From: Enterobacteria phage CUS-3
Direction: 5' to 3' (one strand)
Sequence record: FN394993.1
DNA length: 2,827 nt
Part shown: piece after piece, positions 1 through 2,827 of the stretch
How positions within the stretch are numbered: position 1 is the stretch's first letter
How the letters are laid out: each line of letters starts with the position of its first letter
Position numbers and translations under genes: made by a program
Notes under the pieces: model-generated
The model's database searches: none
Told to the model about the DNA's origin: nothing
The model's input: only the letters and a program-made list of their open reading frames with translations

Positions 1-438
1 ATGGCGCGCCCAACAAAGTATCAAGAGGCGTATGCCGAACAGGCACGCAAACTGTGCTTGCTGGGCTACACCGATGCAGAGCTTGCTGATTTCTTCGAAG
101 TCAGTGAGTCAACTATTAACAAGTGGAAGCTTGATTATCCTGAGTTTTCGGAGTCCATAAAAAAGGGTAAGGCCGTCGCTGATGCAGAAGTTAGTGACCG
201 TCTTTATCAACGCGCTATGGGCTTCGTGGCTCCAGACATCGATATTCGTGTTATTGAAAACAGAATTGTCGAAACTCCGCTTGAGAAGTATTACCCGCCT
301 GATACAACTGCCGCCATCTTCTGGCTTAAGAACCGACAGAAGGATAAATGGCGCGACAAGGTTGATCACGAGCTAACAGGCAAAGACGGCGGCGCAATTC
401 AGATTGAAACATCACCGATGAGCACTCTGTTCGGAAAA
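1..438 (+). CDS. Phage terminase small subunit (DNA-packaging protein), N-terminal ~146 aa; 3' end and stop codon hidden in the N-run
   Basis: ATG at position 1, frame 1 open through 438 (MARPTKYQEAYAEQARKLCLLGYTDAELADFFEVSESTINKWKL...AIFWLKNRQKDKWRDKVDHELTGKDGGAIQIETSPMSTLFGK). N-terminal helix-turn-helix-like segment followed by a basic K/R/W-rich stretch is typical of small terminase subunits; the C-terminal tail resembles what I recall of Sf6/P22-like TerS proteins. Upstream RBS cannot be assessed because the window begins at the start codon. Family assignment is by recall, not search. Confidence 0.65.
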
Positions 439-538
439 NNNNNNNNNNNNNNNNNNNNNNNNNNNNNNNNNNNNNNNNNNNNNNNNNNNNNNNNNNNNNN
501 NNNNNNNNNNNNNNNNNNNNNNNNNNNNNNNNNNNNNN
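439..538. other. Run of exactly 100 N (masked sequence or unknown-size scaffold gap)
   Basis: Direct observation. Last readable base is 438, first readable base after it is 539. Length 100 is not a multiple of 3 and the reading frame changes across it (frame 1 before, frame 2 after). Confidence 0.99.
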
Positions 539-1762
539 TCTGAGCCATGTGTAAAATATTATGATGGCATTCTGTATCTGACGACCAGGGGGACATTAAG
601 TACTCAACCCGGTAGTTCATTGCACAGAAGCTCTGATTTAGGTACATCATGGAATTCTCTTCGCTTCCCAAATAATGTTCATCACTCAAACCTTCCTTTT
701 GCCAAAGTTGGCGATGAGCTGATTATTTTTGGCAGTGAGCGCGCATTTGGTGAGTGGGAAGGAGGAGAACCTGATAACCGTTATGCAGGAAACTATCCAA
801 GAACATTTATGACCAGAGTTAACGTCAATGAGTGGAGTCTGGATAATGTAGAGTGGGTTAATGTTACTGATCAGATTTATCAGGGCGGAATAGTTAACTC
901 TGCGGTTGGTGTTGGTTCAGTTTGTATCAAAGACAACTGGCTGTACTACATTTTCGGTGGGGAAGACTTTCTAAACCCATGGAGCATAGGGGATAACAAC
1001 AGAAAATATCCTTATGTTCACGATGGTCACNNNNNNNNNNNNNNNNNNNNNNNNNNNNNNNNNNNNNNNNNNNNNNNNNNNNNNNNNNNNNNNNNNNNNN
1101 NNNNNNNNNNNNNNNNNNNNNNNNNNNNNNNNNNNNNNNNNNNNNNNNNNNNNNNNNNNNNNNNNNNNNNNNNNNNNNNNNNNNNNNNNNNNNNNNNNNN
1201 NNNNNNNNNNNNNNNNNNNNNNNNNNNNNNNNNNNNNNNNNNNNNNNNNNNNNNNNNNNNNNNNNNNNNNNNNNNNNNNNNNNNNNNNNNNNNNNNNNNN
1301 NNNNNNNNNNNNNNNNNNNNNAGCGGCGGTGAAACAACGTCTTCAGCAGATGGTGCAATGATAACGTTGCATGGTTCCGGAAGCAGTACTCCACGTCGCG
1401 CGGTATATAACGCACTCGAACATCTTTTTGAGAACGGAGATGTTAAACCTTATCTTGATAATGTAAATGCTCTTGGTGGTCCGGGAAACAGGTTCTCGAT
1501 AGTTTATCTTGGCTCCAATCCTGTGGTTACCAGTGACGGAACATTAAAGACAGAGCCGGTCTCTCCTGACGAAACATTGCTGGATGCCTGGGGTGACGTC
1601 AGGTATATCGCTTATAAATGGCTGAACGCTGTCGCTATAAAGGGGGAAGAAGGGGCGAGGATACATCATGGTGTAATCGCGCAGCAACTTCGTGATGTTC
1701 TTATTTCTCACGGACTCATGGAAGAAGAAAGCACAACATGCCGCTATGCCTTTCTTTGCTAT
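539..1762 (+). CDS. Tailspike / tail fibre protein, endosialidase-type, internal-to-C-terminal portion (partial at both ends; 1031-1321 masked)
   Basis: Frame 2 is open with no stop across 539-1030 (164 codons) and 1322-1762 (147 codons); the intervening N-run is 291 nt (97 codons), so the frame is preserved. First segment: ...YYDGILYLTTRGTLSTQPGSSLHRSSDLGTSWNSLRFPNN...GSVCIKDNWLYYIFGGEDFLNPWSIGDNNRKYPYVHDGH with an Asp-box-like motif. Second segment: ...SIVYLGSNPVVTS/DGTLKTEPVSPDETLLDAWGDVRYIAYKWLNAVAIKGEEGARIHHGVIAQQLRDVLISHGLMEEESTTCRYAFLCY, matching the C-terminal intramolecular chaperone domain (peptidase S74 type) of endosialidases and related tail fibres. Not in the supplied ORF track because it has no stop inside readable sequence. 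Confidence 0.8.
629..652 (+). other. Asp-box (bacterial neuraminidase repeat) motif SSDLGTSW within the tailspike
   Basis: Codons agc tct gat tta ggt aca tca tgg in frame 2 encode S-S-D-L-G-T-S-W, a close variant of the S-x-D-x-G-x-T-W Asp-box found in sialidase beta-propellers. Confidence 0.6.
1031..1321. other. Run of 291 N inside the tailspike reading frame
   Basis: Direct observation. Length is a multiple of 3 and the frame-2 ORF is continuous in phase across it, consistent with length-preserving masking of real coding sequence. Confidence 0.99.
1532..1762 (+). other. Predicted Ser-Asp autoproteolytic site (1532-1537) and start of the C-terminal intramolecular chaperone domain of the tailspike
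   Basis: agt gac at 1532-1537 encodes the S-D dipeptide in the context PVVTS/DGTLKTEP, followed by LLDAWGDVRYIAYKW...HHGVIAQQLRDVL...CRYAFLCY. In K1F endosialidase and related fibres the chaperone domain is released by cleavage at a conserved Ser-Asp. The domain continues into the next N-run. Confidence 0.65.
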
Positions 1763-2179
1763 NNNNNNNNNNNNNNNNNNNNNNNNNNNNNNNNNNNNNN
1801 NNNNNNNNNNNNNNNNNNNNNNNNNNNNNNNNNNNNNNNNNNNNNNNNNNNNNNNNNNNNNNNNNNNNNNNNNNNNNNNNNNNNNNNNNNNNNNNNNNNN
1901 NNNNNNNNNNNNNNNNNNNNNNNNNNNNNNNNNNNNNNNNNNNNNNNNNNNNNNNNNNNNNNNNNNNNNNNNNNNNNNNNNNNNNNNNNNNNNNNNNNNN
2001 NNNNNNNNNNNNNNNNNNNNNNNNNNNNNNNNNNNNNNNNNNNNNNNNNNNNNNNNNNNNNNNNNNNNNNNNNNNNNNNNNNNNNNNNNNNNNNNNNNNN
2101 NNNNNNNNNNNNNNNNNNNNNNNNNNNNNNNNNNNNNNNNNNNNNNNNNNNNNNNNNNNNNNNNNNNNNNNNNNNNNNN
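1763..2179. other. Run of 417 N covering the tailspike 3' end, the intergenic region and probably the 5' end of the acetyltransferase gene
   Basis: Direct observation. Length is a multiple of 3. Only about 76 aa of the chaperone domain are readable before it, so the tailspike stop must lie inside this run. Confidence 0.99.
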
Positions 2180-2827
2180 ATGTCGTTTTCCGTTGATGAT
2201 AATGGATCAGGTAATATTTTTGTATGTGGAGATCTTGTAAATAGCAAAGAGAATAAAGTTCAGTTCAATGGAAACAATAACAAACTTATTATAGAAGATG
2301 ATGTTGAGTGTCGATGGCTTACCGTAATATTTAGGGGTGATAATAATTACGTAAGAATACATAAAAACAGTAAGATTAAAGGTGATATTGTCGCAACAAA
2401 AGGTTCAAAAGTTATTATCGGTAGAAGAACGACAATAGGTGCAGGTTTTGAAGTCGTCACTGATAAGTGCAATGTTACAATTGGCCATGACTGCATGATA
2501 GCAAGAGATGTTATTTTGCGTGCATCAGATGGGCATCCTATATTTGATATTCATAGCAAAAAAAGGATTAATTGGGCAAAAGATATCATTATATCTAGTT
2601 ACGTATGGGTAGGGAGAAATGTCTCTATAATGAAAGGGGTATCTGTTGGAAGCGGATCTGTCATTGGGTATGGGAGTATTGTAACTAAAGATGTGCCATC
2701 TATGTGTGCAGCAGCCGGTAATCCAGCAAAAATAATAAAAAGAAATATAATATGGGCAAGAACGGATAAAGCGGAGCTAATTAGTGATGACAAGAGATGC
2801 TCCAGCTATCATGCGAAGCTCACGCAA
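2180..2827 (+). CDS. neuO: Hexapeptide-repeat (left-handed beta-helix) O-acetyltransferase, NeuO-like polysialic acid O-acetyltransferase candidate; partial (runs off the 3' window edge, 5' end possibly masked)
   Basis: Frame 2 open for 216 codons from the ATG at 2180 to the window end with no stop: MSFSVDDNGSGNIFVCGDLV...KVIIGRRTTIGAGFEVVTDKCNVTIGHDCMIARDVILRASDGHPIFD...YVWVGRNVSIMKGVSVGSGSVIGYGSIVTKDVPSMCAAAGNPAKIIK.... Imperfect [LIV]-G-x-x-x-x hexapeptide repeats across ~2411-2740 are characteristic of sugar O-acetyltransferases. The neuO symbol rests on context (directly downstream of an endosialidase-type tailspike, same strand, AT-rich), as I recall for CUS-3; the generic family call is firm (~0.85), the specific symbol less so. 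Confidence 0.6.
   Translation, partial: MSFSVDDNGSGNIFVCGDLVNSKENKVQFNGNNNKLIIEDDVECRWLTVIFRGDNNYVRIHKNSKIKGDIVATKGSKVIIGRRTTIGAGFEVVTDKCNVTIGHDCMIARDVILRASDGHPIFDIHSKKRINWAKDIIISSYVWVGRNVSIMKGVSVGSGSVIGYGSIVTKDVPSMCAAAGNPAKIIKRNIIWARTDKAELISDDKRCSSYHAKLTQ

Noticed and set aside
109-376. Track ORFs 109..369 (-) 86 aa and 182..376 (+) 64 aa
   Set aside because: Both lie entirely inside the terminase small subunit gene in other frames, have no recognisable motifs, and are the usual shadow ORFs of a real CDS.
1-438. Interpreting the first gene as a satellite or PICI packaging-redirection gene rather than a phage TerS
   Set aside because: The sequence reads as an ordinary HTH-type small terminase and nothing else in the window (no integrase, primase or capsid-size redirection genes) supports a satellite element. 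The odd adjacency is better explained by the 100-N gap.
399-2247. Track ORFs whose translations are mostly X (399..689 -, 927..1415 -, 1014..1361 +, 1692..2240 +, 1738..2196 +, 1759..2247 -), and the apparent extension of the 1..543 ORF
   Set aside because: These exist only because runs of N contain no stop codons. Their readable flanks are short and out of frame with the real frame-2 coding sequence; the tga at 541-543 that closes the 1..543 ORF is a chance stop after the gap.
2599-2793. Minus-strand 64-aa hydrophobic ORF antisense to the acetyltransferase
   Set aside because: Embedded antisense in a well-supported CDS, in AT-rich sequence where such ORFs arise by chance; no start context or conserved motif to support it.
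539-2827. Reading the continuous frame-2 open phase 539-2827 as one tailspike-acetyltransferase fusion protein
   Set aside because: The continuity depends on N-runs. The chaperone domain should end inside 1763-2179, and self-cleaving fibres terminate after this domain, so a stop and a separate start are almost certainly hidden there.
1-2827. CRISPR arrays, tRNA/rRNA genes, IS elements or tandem repeats in readable sequence
   Set aside because: No direct repeats with spacers, no tRNA-like structures, no transposase-like translation and no tandem AAGACTC or other short repeats were seen in any readable segment; only short homopolymer runs such as the A-run near 2560, which lie inside the CDS.

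Overview
The window is four readable pieces of phage-type DNA separated by three runs of N (439-538, 1031-1321, 1763-2179), all genes on the + strand. (1) 1-438 encodes the N-terminal ~146 aa of a phage terminase small subunit. (2) 539-1030 and 1322-1762 lie in one reading frame and encode the 3' half of a tailspike of the endosialidase type: a sialidase Asp-box, then a stalk end, a Ser-Asp autocleavage site and the start of a C-terminal intramolecular chaperone domain. (3) 2180-2827 encodes an AT-rich hexapeptide-repeat O-acetyltransferase, open to the window edge. The tailspike plus downstream acetyltransferase arrangement matches what I recall of the K1 capsule-specific P22-like prophage CUS-3 (endosialidase followed by neuO), so the visible content looks like a known system rather than a new one. 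The regions most likely to hold anything unusual (tailspike 3' end, intergenic region, acetyltransferase 5' end) are masked. No RNA genes, CRISPR arrays, transposase genes or convincing regulatory sites are visible. All protein family assignments are from reading translated motifs by eye; no database search was run.
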